64,000 nucleotides of DNA. It comes from Iphione sp. A-MEVVRFRX5 (taxonomy: Eukaryota). Below the pieces are notes generated by a model. It was not told the origin of the DNA. It worked only from the letters and a program-made list of their open reading frames with translations, and did no database searches. Both the position numbers and the translations under genes were made by a program. Each line of letters begins with the position of its first letter. Position 1 is the stretch's first letter. Below are positions 42,601-56,429 of the stretch, in pieces. Location: contig OZ320314.1 in assembly GCA_976226885.1 (NCBI GenBank), positions 100,378,001 to 100,442,000 of the forward strand. Direction: 5' to 3'.

Positions 42601-45600
42601 CAACCGCACTCCACTGATAGGTATTCTTTTTTAGTCTTCACAAGTTAAATCTCCTCTACTGATGAGAAATGGTAGTGCGTTCCCAGAGGGCAAGCACGTT
42701 ATATAAATTAAGCTTTGAAACTCTTACATTAAGACAAAGAAGGGGGAGCCAGATCCTGGTTTTGTTCTGCTGATTTGATACCTGGGCCGTTACGCAGACC
42801 CAACTAAATTGAAACATTTGAAAGAAAACGATGAATGTTGGAATTGTTTGTACTGCTGTCTGTGGTTGTCGCTGTATTTCTATTGCCGCTTTCATTACTC
42901 GTTTGAAATGAGTGTTTACGCAAACGTATACAGATCGTTGGAAATCTTCTGAACAAGAGCTTCATATAACAGAGACATTCGTAGTATTTCCAATTTTGAA
43001 ACCTAATAGCTATTATTTCGGACAGAGAATATTGAAATAAGCAGCTGCTCTAGACTTGATGTTTGGCTCTTGAGGATGGTTTAAAGTATTCTCTCGTCTG
43101 TTAAAGTTTTAAATTTAACTTCGTTACGTCCTCGCTAGCTGCGTCTGCCATAGTTCCTTTAAGCATGAGCCAAGCCCTATGGCGATATCCTTAATCTGAA
43201 CGTTTTGTGGCCATGGGCACTGGACATTGCCTAGAGAAGCGAGTGCCCATAGTCGGACCATACTCCACGGGGGGTGTCGTTGTGAAGACAGCTGCTTTGT
43301 GTCGATCCCTCTGCCTCTCAAGACGATGGGAAGGGTCTATGCAATCAAAGCTTCAATCAGGCAAGAAAATAAATGCAAATTACAGCCCGACGCCGACGTG
43401 CTCCAATCAGAGGTGTTTGCTGGTTGGTAAACAGCTAGTGACTTCAGCAGAATGGCCGGCGTGCTGTAAAGTGCTAACAACGTCTTTGGCTGTTTGGTTT
43501 GTATTCAAGGCGGTCTTCGTCGCCACAGAATGTAAGATTGCTTTTTCCCTAGCCACGATGACCTTTCACCCCGCGGTGAGTAGGGAGGTGCGACGGGCAG
43601 CGACCATACAGCACGGAGGTGAGCGTGACAAAACCCGACGGTAAAACTGTAGGTTCCTGATGGTCGACATGGACGTCTGTCGGCATACCCCATGACCTGC
43701 CCAACCATTTTAGCGCCGTCAATAAATCAGAGTGCACTCTGCAGCTCCAGTAGCTACGTACCCAGTAATCTTAAGTCACCTGTGCTGAACCTCTAAGTGG
43801 TACCTGTCGCAGAAATACTTAGCATTTTTCCAAGGTCTCTGTCATTTATTGTCCTCAAGCAACATCCCACATTTTATTTTCAAAATTCTCCACAAGAAGG
43901 GGCTGCTTTCGGAGAATCAATCAGAAACAGTGTTATTGAGAAAAGAAAAGAAGTCTTTCGTGCAAAAACAACATTTAAATCGAGTGCTAGCTTGCAAGTT
44001 TTCAGTGGGATTCAACGCCCGGGAAATCTTCTTCGTGATTTGGCAGAATTTAATTCGGCTTTCAATATTAATTTACTAAGGATAATATACACGTAGTTTG
44101 ATTGTTTTTATGCGCTATCACCACAGCTCAACAATTCAGTTCAAAATACAGTAATATGCGAATGATTAGTTCCCCGTTCTGTTGTTTCTTACATGGTTCA
44201 ATGCCACCACAAAGCGAGACATTTTTAATATTTTATATAAATGTTTCCGATACTACGAGTTACATGCAGTATATTTGTAGTTAAAGGGGGAGGAGGGGAT
44301 CAAATAACTCCCATCGAAACACTGTACAGTGTTATACCTTACATAATTGAAGGGTATACATAAATGTCGACAGGCACCTTCACCCTGACATGACCTCCTC
44401 TCACATGTAATGTCACACTTGATAGGGTTAATGGTAAAGAATAGAACAATATGAATCATTCATGGTCTTCAGAGCATGGGTTCCTTTGTCCTATCGAGGC
44501 TTACAGGTTTGAACAACAACAATGGGTCATGTTTGGAGTGCGTCGCACAGGATAGGATTTCTGATTTTAGTTAAACTGTTTCAGGTTCTTAATAAAAACT
44601 AAAATTCAAATACATGTAGTGAAGGGGATAGGTGTAATTCAAGCATCTTCATCCGAAGATGTCCTGCCAGTATTTAGCCCGCATCGCCCGAGATCACTAC
44701 TTGCTTGTTACAATTTCATTGAGAATAGAGCACCTTGGTTTAGACCCAGGAGGTTGGGCAGTCTCCCTCCTACGACTTCAGTGTACACTGCTTGTTCTAA
44801 GCCAGTCGCTGCTGTTCTGTAATGTCAGCCGTAGATCATCAAAGAAGGGATGTGTCAGGTGGCGTCACCTTGGACTGACGTCCTACCACGAAGATGGTCC
44901 TCTGGGAGCGACGGGGACAAACCTTACGCTCGCTTGGTGATCACGTCGGAGTAGGAAGAGCAGGGCAGACGCGAGTACACTCTGAGAGGTCGCCTGTATT
45001 TGGAGTCCAGGCTTCTCGGGTTGTTGACCCAGCGTCAAATGAAAGGACCTGTATAATCTAGGTAGCCGCACACTTAAAGTAGCTATTATGCATGCCCCCT
45101 CTACTACGTGTTTACAGGGCTAACCAGCACCTTTTTTAGTAGTAGTACATTCCACTGCTAGGGCCTTTTGCAAACGCATAGGTATTATCGTCCTTGAGCA
45201 TGCGTGAAGTAACGACCTTTTATGGAGGACTTGTGATACTGGAGACGTGCAGAGCGCGATGTGGTGTGTATATGTAGCAGATATGGTTATAATCGAGGCT
45301 ATTTAATGCTCTGTCCCATCCCGGGGTGCTAGGCGAATTGCGAAGCCCACCAAATGCTGCCCCATCACACATCTGTGCAGAACTGAGTCTGAATGGGTGC
45401 AGAGACAAACCAGACCCATATAAACAGATATTGCTTCTAGCGGCATCGATGAATATTACCCGGCAGGACACGTAGACAACATAATATGATTGCCACTGCT
45501 ACAGCAATACGTATATAATTCATCTCTTGTCCAGCAGTTCACTGCTGTCTATAGTTAATTGTAACTTTATGACATTCCTATAGGAACGTGTAGTTTGATG

Positions 45601-46513
45601 ATGAAATGCACGTGCATGTTCATATACATGAACCTACGTAAAATTCTGGAACTGAGAAGCGTATTGCATGTTGCATACAATTACGATCGTAGTCTGAAGA
45701 TATCGTGCTCTAACTTTTTTTCTGAAAAGGCTGGCGCTATCGAACTGGTGCCTTCTCTGTCATCATATTAGCTGGCATAGGCAGAGCTATATCCATTCTC
45801 ATCCCTAAATACGTCGTTGACAAGGCTGTCTATAACTAGACTTCAAGCACCTTGTGTTGCATACCTGTATTATACAGTCGCCCACGCTTCTTCATGCCAC
45901 ATTGATGTGTAATACTGATAAAAGCTGAGGACGTACACCTCCTCTGAACTAAACTGAGGCGATGCTTTCATCAACACCCATATACTGTTCGTTATGGCAT
46001 AACATTGTAAAGCCCGATAGGAGAGTTAGTGGCGTAGCGGTCGGCCGGCAAGGCAGGTCGATAAGAGATGTAAAACCAACAAGTGCTTGTTCTTTTAAGG
46101 CCCCATTCTTGACGGTAGTATTGGTCGATGAAACCATTTTCAAACTGCATTATGCTCTTCTTAAGGAAGATTCTGCTGAGCTAGATTAAAAAAGCAGGTA
46201 TATCATTCGTGAAATTCTGGCATCAGAACCATTTGTTAGCTGTACGCGATGGATTTGTTTTGAGAATGTATTTTCACATAAATTATACCATTGCACATGT
46301 AGTACAGATCCGACTGAGTTCCCTGCGCATTTAAATGACTTAGGCAAAAAATATGTAACGTGTTAGTCCAGCGTTGGCGCTGTATACCGACAAAAAACGT
46401 ATTGCTGAGGTTTTTACGACACAGTCACAATCAATATCAGTTTATCAATAATTGATACGTCCAAGCAGTATAATGATTTCGGCCGCTATGGTGAATACAT
46501 GAAGTGAATGAGC

Positions 46514-46514
<1 letters not shown>

Positions 46515-46579
<65 letters not shown>
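46515..46579 (+). repeat. (AG)32 microsatellite
   Basis: Perfect dinucleotide run read directly. Confidence 0.98.
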
Positions 46580-46581
<2 letters not shown>

Positions 46582-47331
46582 ACATCCTAAATTAATGTGC
46601 ATCTGTGAAGGAGCGCGAAGACACACTGCACCCAAGTCTTTCAACGGCCGACCTTAGAAATTACAGGGAATAAGGGAAGCAGAAGAGAGGGGCTTCAAGG
46701 ATAACGACAACCAATGTCACAGTCCGATCGGAAATGGTGGCGGCGCATGCCTCATTATATATGTATCTTTAGGTGGAGGTGCCGAGGCCGGAGGCCATCC
46801 TTTTATTATCAACACCATTGGTGGCCCACTGCCTCCCACGTCTATGGCTCCCTTGTCGCACCGAGATGTCTTCTGCGTAAGAGCCTCGGGTGACAGACGT
46901 GATAGATAGTACGGTCTTTACAACGACCGTCACTTTAAAGACTCGACTCCGGCGGAAAAAAATAGAAACTGCATGTCCGCCAGCTTCTGTCCACCAAGCT
47001 CTCGATGGCACGCGATGGATCTCTCCGTCTACTCTGGTGCCCTAAAACTCCTTGGCATTTACATCGCAATACAGCTATTGGCCGTGCTGTTCAGTGGTAG
47101 TTTTACCCTTGTCGCTTTGTCGCGCCCGTCCCCTTAAAAGCACATAATACATCATAGTCTAGTAGCAGGAACGGGTGGTGGAGCTGTATTTATCACTTTG
47201 TTCTCCGCTTTCTAAATGGATCTGTCCGCCGCTCTACCGAGATGAAAATGTGAAGGGACACGGAAGAGGACGGGAATGTATGAAGCGTGATAATACCATC
47301 TCCTCCATCGAAATCAGAGAAAGGCTATAAC

Positions 47332-47451
47332 TTTGTGGTCAACGCCATCGTCTTCGTTGCCCACGTCCCTCTCGCCGCATCCCGAGTAAAAGAAGCGACA
47401 TAATTTGCACTCGGCTCGGGCGGTCGGCCAGTTGTGAAATCCACGTAATTT
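47332..47451 (-). pseudogene. BIR (IAP repeat)-like motif remnant
   Basis: Within ORF 47314-47544: KLRGFHNWPTARAECKLCRFFYSGCGERDVGNEDDGVDH, compared with BIR RLxTFxNWP...LAxAGFFYTGxGDxV...DDPWxEH. The zinc-binding CxxC segment is missing and the linkers are shortened. Confidence 0.3.
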
Positions 47452-50280
47452 GATCGCACCGCAAACTAGTGTGATTACAGGTATAGGACTGTTTGAGGAA
47501 GGGCAGCCCCGGCAGAGACAGGAGCGGAAAAAAAACGTATACAACTGTTGGTGTATTTCATGATGAGACGCACACAGTAGGCCAGGACTTCCCGAAAAGT
47601 TGAGACTCCATCGAAGAGGTTTTATAATTGGAATTTCAGTGCAATATGCGTGTATTAGAGCGCTCGTTGAGATGATACTGACTGTATCAAATAAAATTGC
47701 GACGCAGTAGGTGTTTTAGGACAGCTTTTGTCAAGCACGTGAAGCTTTTATTCCACATTATGTATGAATAAAAAATTATTCAGAGATACGGTTTGGAATT
47801 CTTTGTCACCAGGGATTACAAATAAATGAATCATAGCGTCCCACGAATTTTGGGGATAGAATCAAATTCTAAAAGTTGAGAATAGAAAGGCAAACATTTC
47901 CATATATGTGGCACCTTGATCACTGATAATATGTAAAGAAAAACATTATACATCAGTAATACGGTGTTGAGCTAGCAAAGTTCACGAGTAATTAGTAAGC
48001 GGTTGCATCTGCTCCATGTGTGTGTGTGGGGGGGGGGTAATATTGATTTTTGTTCAGTCACATGAACATGTCTTTTGGTTGGTGGAAAGTCCCACCTCTG
48101 GTATTCCACTGTGTGATGCCATTACCATGGACTATACCATTTTTTGCTTTCTTGTCATAGTCTTGTCTTGTCCCCGTAAATTTAGGGAAGAGTAGATGTG
48201 AGGGTGATGAAATTGTGATGAATTGTGTTTCAACTCAGTGTCTTATCAGAGGCTAGATTTGTTTGATGGGGAGAGTTCATACGCGTTAAGTCTTATTGGG
48301 GGGGTATGTTAATTGCATTAGGCTAGATCTATGAGTTTATCTGCCTCCTTAGGGCCCCCCACTACTGGATAGCTCCCATGTCTGAAATGATCATGTATCC
48401 TGGAACCGTGCGTGACAGGGCTAGATAGAAGAACTGTGGTAGCACCTAGCCTGAATAGCATATGTTGGTTTAGACAGATCCAGTAGGGAAAACTGGTTAC
48501 TGGGTATCACAGTATAATATTGAGAATTATGCATGGGTTGTGGATACCCTTGCCCCTTAGTTTAGTGCATGGGATTTAGACCCTTCGGTACAACCGTTCT
48601 TAGACGATGGATTCACCTCCTCTCTATGGTTTCATGCTATGTACATGTACTCTTGGCCACTTTCCTTCCGACTTCTTTTTGCTGTGCTTTCTTTTCCTGT
48701 CATTCGCTCCAAATCTCCGTCCCTTTCTAAGATGTGATTGTCCTGTCACCATATGCCAGAGGAAGTAGCAGGTCTTGACCCCTCTTGGTTTTAAACGCAG
48801 CAGGTGCAGACATCGTGTTTGATGCAGACAATATCACACAGCTAAGTCTTTCTGCAGAGGCTGTAAGGTTGGAGTTCATAATTATCTTGAGTTCTGTGTT
48901 GGGTTTCGCCGGCAAATGAACTAGACACCCGTGAATACTCATCCCTACTATGGACTGTCAGCTCTAGTAGGATATTTGCTTATTATATCAAGTTGCCTGT
49001 ATTACCTCTACCTGATAGAAACGAGTAACATGTGACGTGGGGTAATACGAATATCTATATACTTACTTACTGGACAGGGATAATTAATACTTGATAAATC
49101 TGCCGGATTAACTTTCCCTCTGTACACATATTGATACTTGACCACGTCAGAATATGGAATGAGAACACTTGACGTTTTCCACGCAAGTCATCTTACGCCG
49201 CACGGAATAATCGATCGGTTATATTGGAAAGGAAAATTGCTGGGTGTGTAGCCTGTGACGTGTTTCTTGCGCGTTGCAGGTTTTTAGATACATAGGTGAT
49301 TTATCGCGTGACCTTCACGCTAGTCACTGTCGGACTCTCCGCTGACCCCCCGACAGCTGGCTGTCACCTTGCGTCCTTGGTGGTGATCTCACTGGAATTA
49401 GCCGTTCTAAGCTGAGGGCCCCTGATAAGCCCTCCTGTGACAAACTCGGCTCCCTTCACGACGCAAATGTCATCCCACCTTCGCTTTCGCCGCGTTATGA
49501 GGGCTGTCAGCAACTGTAGACGTCACGCCGGTCCATAATATGACGTCATCGACAACAAAAGGTCAGGCCAATGCTATTGTTTCCGGGCGTCTCCTCGGTG
49601 GCGCTGTTCGTGCCTTCTACAATGTTAGCTCTTGACGCCGGACAAAAGCTCCGGATGTCCCATGCCGCGTTGCTGCCGACCAGGGGGCAGTGAGTTTACA
49701 ATTTAGGGAACATTTATTTTCATCCGCTAAGAGTGCACTCGTCTTTGTGGATATGAAGTGGGATGAGAATGGTAGTATTAGAGATGGTATAATAGATACT
49801 TCGACGCGTATTCAGCACTGTTTAAATTACACGTTTCTAGTATGAGATCCATTGTACGTGTCCGTGTAACTCATGGGCAAAGATGCAAAATTATTGGAGC
49901 CACTGCCATTTTATTAGAAACAAGTAATGAAAGTAATCTTTTACAGCATACATGCATAAGCCTGTTGCCCTTATGTTTATCTTACCATTACGCCTCACAT
50001 GAACCCTGCCTCCTCATTACAGTAAGTATTCGATAATGTGTGTTCCATTACTATCTGATACTTGACCGTGTTAGCTTCGCCCTTCATCGTACATCAACTA
50101 GGCAAACCGTAGTTACCTCATCTTACTCAAGCCTTGAGCAAAACATGCCATCCCTGAAAACAAAAGCGCGACAGACACGTGAACATATATATCTACATAG
50201 CGAAATATTTGGTATGCAAATTATGGGAGTGTGGAGGTATGTACCGCGTTTCCAGTTTCATCCTATCAATCTTTGCCTAC

Positions 50281-50309
50281 GTTTTCCGGAGGAAATCCCT
50301 CCGGAAAAC
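50281..50309. repeat. Perfect 12-bp inverted repeat with a 5-nt loop
   Basis: GTTTTCCGGAGG-aaatc-CCTCCGGAAAAC read directly. Confidence 0.9.
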
Positions 50310-53300
50310 TCGGTGTTCAACTCTCGTTAGCAACCGATACACACGTGGGAAACACAATTTCCCTGAAGTACCCACTCGTCTTCCGATTCAGCGTTGGATG
50401 GGTGTGCCTGTTGGGCCACATTTCATGGTTTTCTTGCCATATCAGGTGAGAGGACAAACAAATTGGATGTCAGCACTCCTCCAGATAATGTTGAGGGCAC
50501 TTTAAGTCTGTGCCAACCCCCTGCATCTTTAGAACTATACTCCCCGCTCCTAATTGTTCGGGCGTTTCAATGTCGCCTTTGTCCACGGCGAATACCTGGC
50601 CAGGCCTTGAGCCGCAAGGGGCCCTCCATTGTCGCCTTTCTAAAAATACAAAGTGTCGCCCTTCAGCGCCGCCTATTCAGGTTAATAGTTTCGGCGCCCA
50701 TTTTGACACCCTCGGTTTGGTTCACTGGAAATAATCCCACCGCGCAAAGTGTTGTGTGTGATTGAGCACTTTATCAACGCTTCGGACAAGGAACCTATAA
50801 CTTTGTGCGCATTTGGGTGCCTTTGAAGCGATGAACAATTAATCTTCCAATTTTACGCTTCGTGTGTTTTTTTGGAGGGGGACGTATGGAAAAAAAATCA
50901 AGTAAATTAAAACAAACAGTTATTTACAAATGCATGTTCAAGAGAGGAAGATCTCGAATGACAGACTAATGCTCTTGATATCTTAGCGCGAACAGAGAAA
51001 ATTCTGCCATACTTGACCACGTCTATGACAGAACTGTAGAACTGAGTGTTGCTAAGCTGCATGAGAAAGATTGACCTATCCTTCTGGGACTGAAAACCGA
51101 TTTAAGCCTGCCTTAAAGCCCGGAATTCCTTGCCATCAAACTCAATGCGACTCTTTAAGCTCAAGCTCAAAAGCAAGATTCGATGAAAAACAAGCGGAGA
51201 CCTGAGTGCAGACTCCAGGGAGAGATATTTTTCGACGCAGGGAAAAGGCTGATTGCACCTTAATGGTTCCTTAGGGGACTGGGAGAGGAGCGGAGCGGAC
51301 GTCTATAGGCTCTTTTACTTTTGAGAACAGATGCCAGGCACAGTTGGAAGGAGCCTTGCTTGGAAACGCACTCATGTAATGACGATCCGTGTTTCCTTGA
51401 TCTCGCGGCTTAAGAGTTCTGACCGAGAGCTATTGTCTGGAGAGAGTGGACTTAGTGAGCCATCAAAGTCAGCGCAGCCTCCCTTTTGATCCCATATACA
51501 ACGTTAGCTGGGTCAAACGGTGCGCGTAGCCTCTGGCACACAAGACTAGACTTCAGCCAAGGAAGATTCAAATAAGCTCCACTTTGTGGTTAACATAGCA
51601 ATTAGGTTGATTGTTAATCAACAAGACCAGTTCATCAATTGTGCTACGAAACTCAAACATATTTACTGTGAAAATACCACGATCTTTTTTTTTTTTTCTG
51701 GTCTTTGTAGGAAACTTTTAGTAAGAGCGAGAAATGGTATCCCCTGCTGATTATGTGTAAATTAGACTCCATTAGGTAACGGATTAAGCGATGCAATGTT
51801 ACACTCGATCAGGCTTTGTGTCCGTCAGACGAGTGAGCATAGCGCCTCGTATTACTTTAATGTAATTGTGTCTATGAATTCACTCCTTTCAGTAAGAAAA
51901 CCTACATTACCCACACTAAGGTCAGTACAGGCGGGCAAAGAGACACAATCGTTGGTCTTAATTGCACACACGAACTAAATTATAGTCACATATCGATACA
52001 CGTATTGAGTGTGACCTCAGCACGTAGTGTCTAAAAGTCATCTGACCTCAACCTTGACCCGATGCCAGATGTACGATATGACCTACTTCAAACTGAATAC
52101 AGGAGTGTCTCCGTGAAGATCTGATTGCTGGCACACTGCAGACACGGGACCTCATCGAGAAGGAACCCAAATCAATACACACACGAAGATCACAACAATC
52201 ACGGCCAGCGTATGCACGGCCGAAATGTGTTTACGAACACCGTAAATCATGCTTAACTGAATCAGGCCCACACTGCATGGCTATAGCCACCTCAGTGTCT
52301 ACTGTAGATGGCAAAAACCGATTACGCTTGGCAATGAAAGTAGACAAAAGATACGGATCTTATGTGTATATGTAAAGGGGCTTTCTCCACAGAAAGCTAT
52401 ATATGGTGAATATATACGCTAGACAGGGCCTAGTGCACTTCTTTCCAGGCCTGGGATCGCCTTATTGCCTTCCTGTGATTGCCGACTTTTGCTAATAGTA
52501 TTAGAGGAAGCTGCTTGGCTGCTCAACGAATACTGCCTTTTGGATTCAATCTGGAAAAGGTAGTATAACAGTAGGTGTATATGTATATGATGATATCAAG
52601 AATTCTTCTCTTAACATGAAGAATACTGGTTTTTAAAGTCAGACGTATTGGTAAAGCATATGATAGGTAAATGCAAAATAAAAGTACGTATTACCTAAAC
52701 CAGTAACAGGCAAGACATAACATTTTGAGAAGATGTGTTATTGCACGTCTGTTGGAAAGAGCTAGAACTTGATGTAACTGTGTCCCAGCAATTGAAGGAG
52801 ACGATTTATCACTCACGTTTTATGAACCAGGTAATGGTATCGATCTGTTCATCGGGATTTCAATTGTGCGGTAGCAGCGCATAAAAATATGCAATGGATT
52901 GGGCAGCGTGCCATCCATTATTGTATTGCTCAATGCCAATGGCGCCGGAGTAGGCAAAGAGGACTTCATGTTCAGTTGGAGTGTGAATCTAGATGAATGC
53001 TGCCCTAGAGAATGCAATCAATTCGTATTGTTGTAGTGCGTTAAAACCTCAATGACTACTGAAGTTCCAGCAAAGGTTCTCTCTTTGTTCTTGAGGGTTG
53101 ATACAGGGTACCAACTCGTTAATCGATGGATTATATGAATTGTAGTCAATGAATCGGGACCCTAAGCACTGCATGGTGATTCCAGGCCCCATGATACATG
53201 TGTATAGTGATACTGGATTCCCGCATGATTTTGCTTTATCTCCATCACGAGATCTATGGTAAAGGTGGCAGGAGGGAGGAGACGGGAGATCAATCCCCTT

Positions 53301-54123
53301 CAAAGCCGAGTGACAAAGTGAGCAAAGGTGATGCCCAGCTGGGATCAATCACCACAAGGCTGCTACAAGGCATGGCTACGTCGCACAATTTCTTATCGAA
53401 TTGGTTGCTCATATGACACATTGGTTTCAGGGGAAATAGTCGCATGCATCAGGCAATTTAATGAACACAAATTAAATTAACTTAAAAAAACAGAGACGAA
53501 CTGCGACTTTGGCAGGTGTGGCTACCTGTGTGCGTCCAGGTTGGTTCACTTCCCATCAAAAGGTCCTAGAGTTGGACGTGAAACTTTGGTGAGCTCCATT
53601 CGCCAGTGTTTGACTTTGAGTTCTGCAACTGGAAGAAGCTTTGAGTCCATTAAAGCAGGACTTCCGAACGGGAACGTATAGGCATAGATCACAGCGAGTG
53701 TGGAACCTCTGCCATGGGAACGCATGTAATCACCTTTCATCCTGATCGCTCGCAAGTGGGGCTTAAATCCCGTGCTTTGGAGGCGTTTGGAGGAAGCTGG
53801 AGAGTGCCGCAGTGCGGATCAAGGGAACTCGGCGAGAAAAGTCGAAAGTTCTGACGGCCTTGGTTCGCTTCGTTAGGCACCGCCGCCTACCGTTGCTGAC
53901 ATGAGAAGGCTTCGCTGTACCTCGAGTGGTTACTTCGTCGGGCTCGGTTTACAAGCTCGTACTGGAGGCGAAAACTGGTACAGTTGAATCATGCGGTGAG
54001 GAATCCATCTTTAGTCACCTTGGAATTAATTTTTCCTATACGTATATATTTTCTAACACATTAACTAAAATATTAACACACTACTAATGCTACGGTAGTG
54101 CAAACCCATAAATCGCCATGGGG

Positions 54124-54208
<85 letters not shown>
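54124..54208 (+). repeat. Interrupted (GA)n microsatellite, about 85 bp
   Basis: GA run with one GGG interruption near 54150. Confidence 0.98.
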
Positions 54209-54211
<3 letters not shown>

Positions 54212-56429
54212 AGGAATGTTGTTTTGTCGGCCAACCTCCAAGCAAAATTAGCCGCAATGCATTGATTATACTCTTTGGCCTTGGATAAATACTGTCATCT
54301 GCGGCAACGTTACCCAGGCAATTAGGCATCAGCATTGCCGCCTGGTGGAGGTTTTAGGAATGTTGGGTGCTTGTGGTGTGGTCTTGTATGCGGGTGGGCA
54401 ATGTCCTACCAGAGTTATGTACAGCTTGCCCCAACTTAAACATCATCTAATGCTGCATGGCAATGAAATACTTGAAGAAGAGGTGGCTGGCAGCGTGGCC
54501 GTACAGGAAAGCTCTTCTGCTGAAAAGGTGGACTTCCCGATTGCGCTCGTGAAAAGGATTGCCGATCGATTGATCAATTGTACCCTATGGGCCTCGAGCT
54601 TTGTGTCGAGCAGCAACGGGCATGGTATGTTAAAGATGCATGGTTTGTCACGGGTCAACATTGGGCGAGTTCAGACTACAGAACTCTGTACTACTGTGAT
54701 GCACACACCTCGACGCCCTCGTGTGCCTACCCAGGCAGAGCCTGTCGAGGCATGGCAACGTCTGCGCGTCGACGGACGCACGCCTGAGCGGGCTTAATCG
54801 AAAACGGCGACGAAGCGCGAGATTTGATCAACTTCCGTTGGCGTACTGGAAATCCTAACTTCAAAATAGAGGGAGGTGCTAAAAAGGTCAAATGTCCTCA
54901 TATTCTAGTTGAACTGACACCTGTGACCCTCTAGTCACAAAAAAAGGAATTTGCCCTAAAACGCATTCTACATTCTAGAAATGTATTGATATGTTAGGTT
55001 TTCCCCTTTCAAGGGGGCTCAGCAGTGATACATTGAGGGCTTCTTGAGAGGGCATAAGGAATATGACAGTTTTAGTATGGAATTATCCGTATGCACGTGT
55101 TTTCATGCACCATCAGTATAAAAAAAACACATTTAACGTTCAAGTCATGTTTCAAGCAGGAAAGAGAGGGCAAAAACATGGTTCAACAAAAACGAAAATC
55201 ATCTTTCAGCAAAATGGGTGCCCTGCGCGCCAGGCGAACCAGGGACTGCGGTGTGCGTGCTATTGTATTTTCATGGAAGTCACCGTAGGTGGCCATGTGG
55301 CTGTCTGTGGCGTTTCCCCCGTGTGTGCCCGGTCCTGACCCTGCCAACTGCTTCATATTACTGCCTGATCTCTGCATGCAAATATTCCCCTTCCCCGCGA
55401 ACAGCACCCTGTAGGTGTTAAATGGCAGTCGTCTATGGTGGAGTATCGGTTTGAACAGTAACAGACGCCGCAAAGTCCACGCTGCCAAAATAATAAACCC
55501 AAGTAATTCTACTCTGGGGGGCTCGGGTTTGCTTTCCTGTCCGCTGGTTGATAGTGAATGCGCCTGGGTAGAGGCAGGGAGGGATGTATGTAGAGCCGTG
55601 AAACTCACTTTTTGGCTTAGCGGTTTTACTGAAGCCGTTCGAGGACAAAGGACCCGAAGCAGACTGGACCTCTGTAGGAGTGTCTGGCTGCAAACAATCC
55701 TGAAGAATAATTTACTTGACAAACACGACAGACGCCTATCTTCAAGTCCTTCAGACTCCTCCCCTCCTTAGCTGCCTGGGGCGAAGCTCTGGGGGTCGAG
55801 CCGCTCCCTTTATATCCGCGCCCACGTAGGTGGTAATTAAATTCGCGAAGGACACCTTAATCACCAGGCAGACACGAGTGATAAACCCAAAGCTCTTCAC
55901 TCGAGATTCGTGAATCACGTTTAAATGCGAGGTAACTGGGATAAAACAAATCTACTCACCAGGCTGTCTGCTTGGAGATAACGATCAGCAAAAAGTAGGT
56001 GCAATATGACTTATTGGGTGACTCCTGATTAAGTCCGGTTTGTTTTCATTGTAAAGCCAGAACTCAACATCACCGGCGAGGCAGAATCAAGTCCGAGATA
56101 AATTCGAAGTCTCAGCTCGGGGCAGGTTCAACATGAGGTTCGTGAGAAGCGATCCTGTAGGTGAGTGCGATGTGAGACGCAAGTTGGAGAATGGACCCCG
56201 AATGGACCTCAGCCAGCGAGTCCGTTGGGGTCTACCCTGTGTTCTCCATGCTGCCCCTTGCGCTTATACCAGCTGAGTGGGTGCACTCATTGAAGTTACC
56301 CACGGTCGAGTGAAGCGACAGCTGCGCACTGTCACGGCTTTGGGTGGGGGGAAGTTTTTACACACGCCAGTAGCCATACACTCTACTCTCGTTGATGGAA
56401 TGTCGACGTCATCGCTTCCTGGTCCCCAT

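Noticed and set aside
45962-46189. VVLVDETIFKL resembling a Walker B or the Tc1 first-Asp motif, with a tRNA A-box-like TGGCGTAGCGG nearby
   Set aside because: These are isolated short matches, with no partner motif or correctly spaced B-box.
54345-54797. 150-aa ORF with NEILE...FPIAL...KRIADRL, faintly like the LINE RT N-terminal region
   Set aside because: The motifs are too degenerate and too compressed, no PQG or YADD follows, and it has a non-ATG start.
55183-55722. 179-aa ORF whose N-terminus looks like a mitochondrial transit peptide
   Set aside because: It starts at TTG. The frame extends upstream through acidic codons to a stop with no ATG, and the rest has no recognisable domain.
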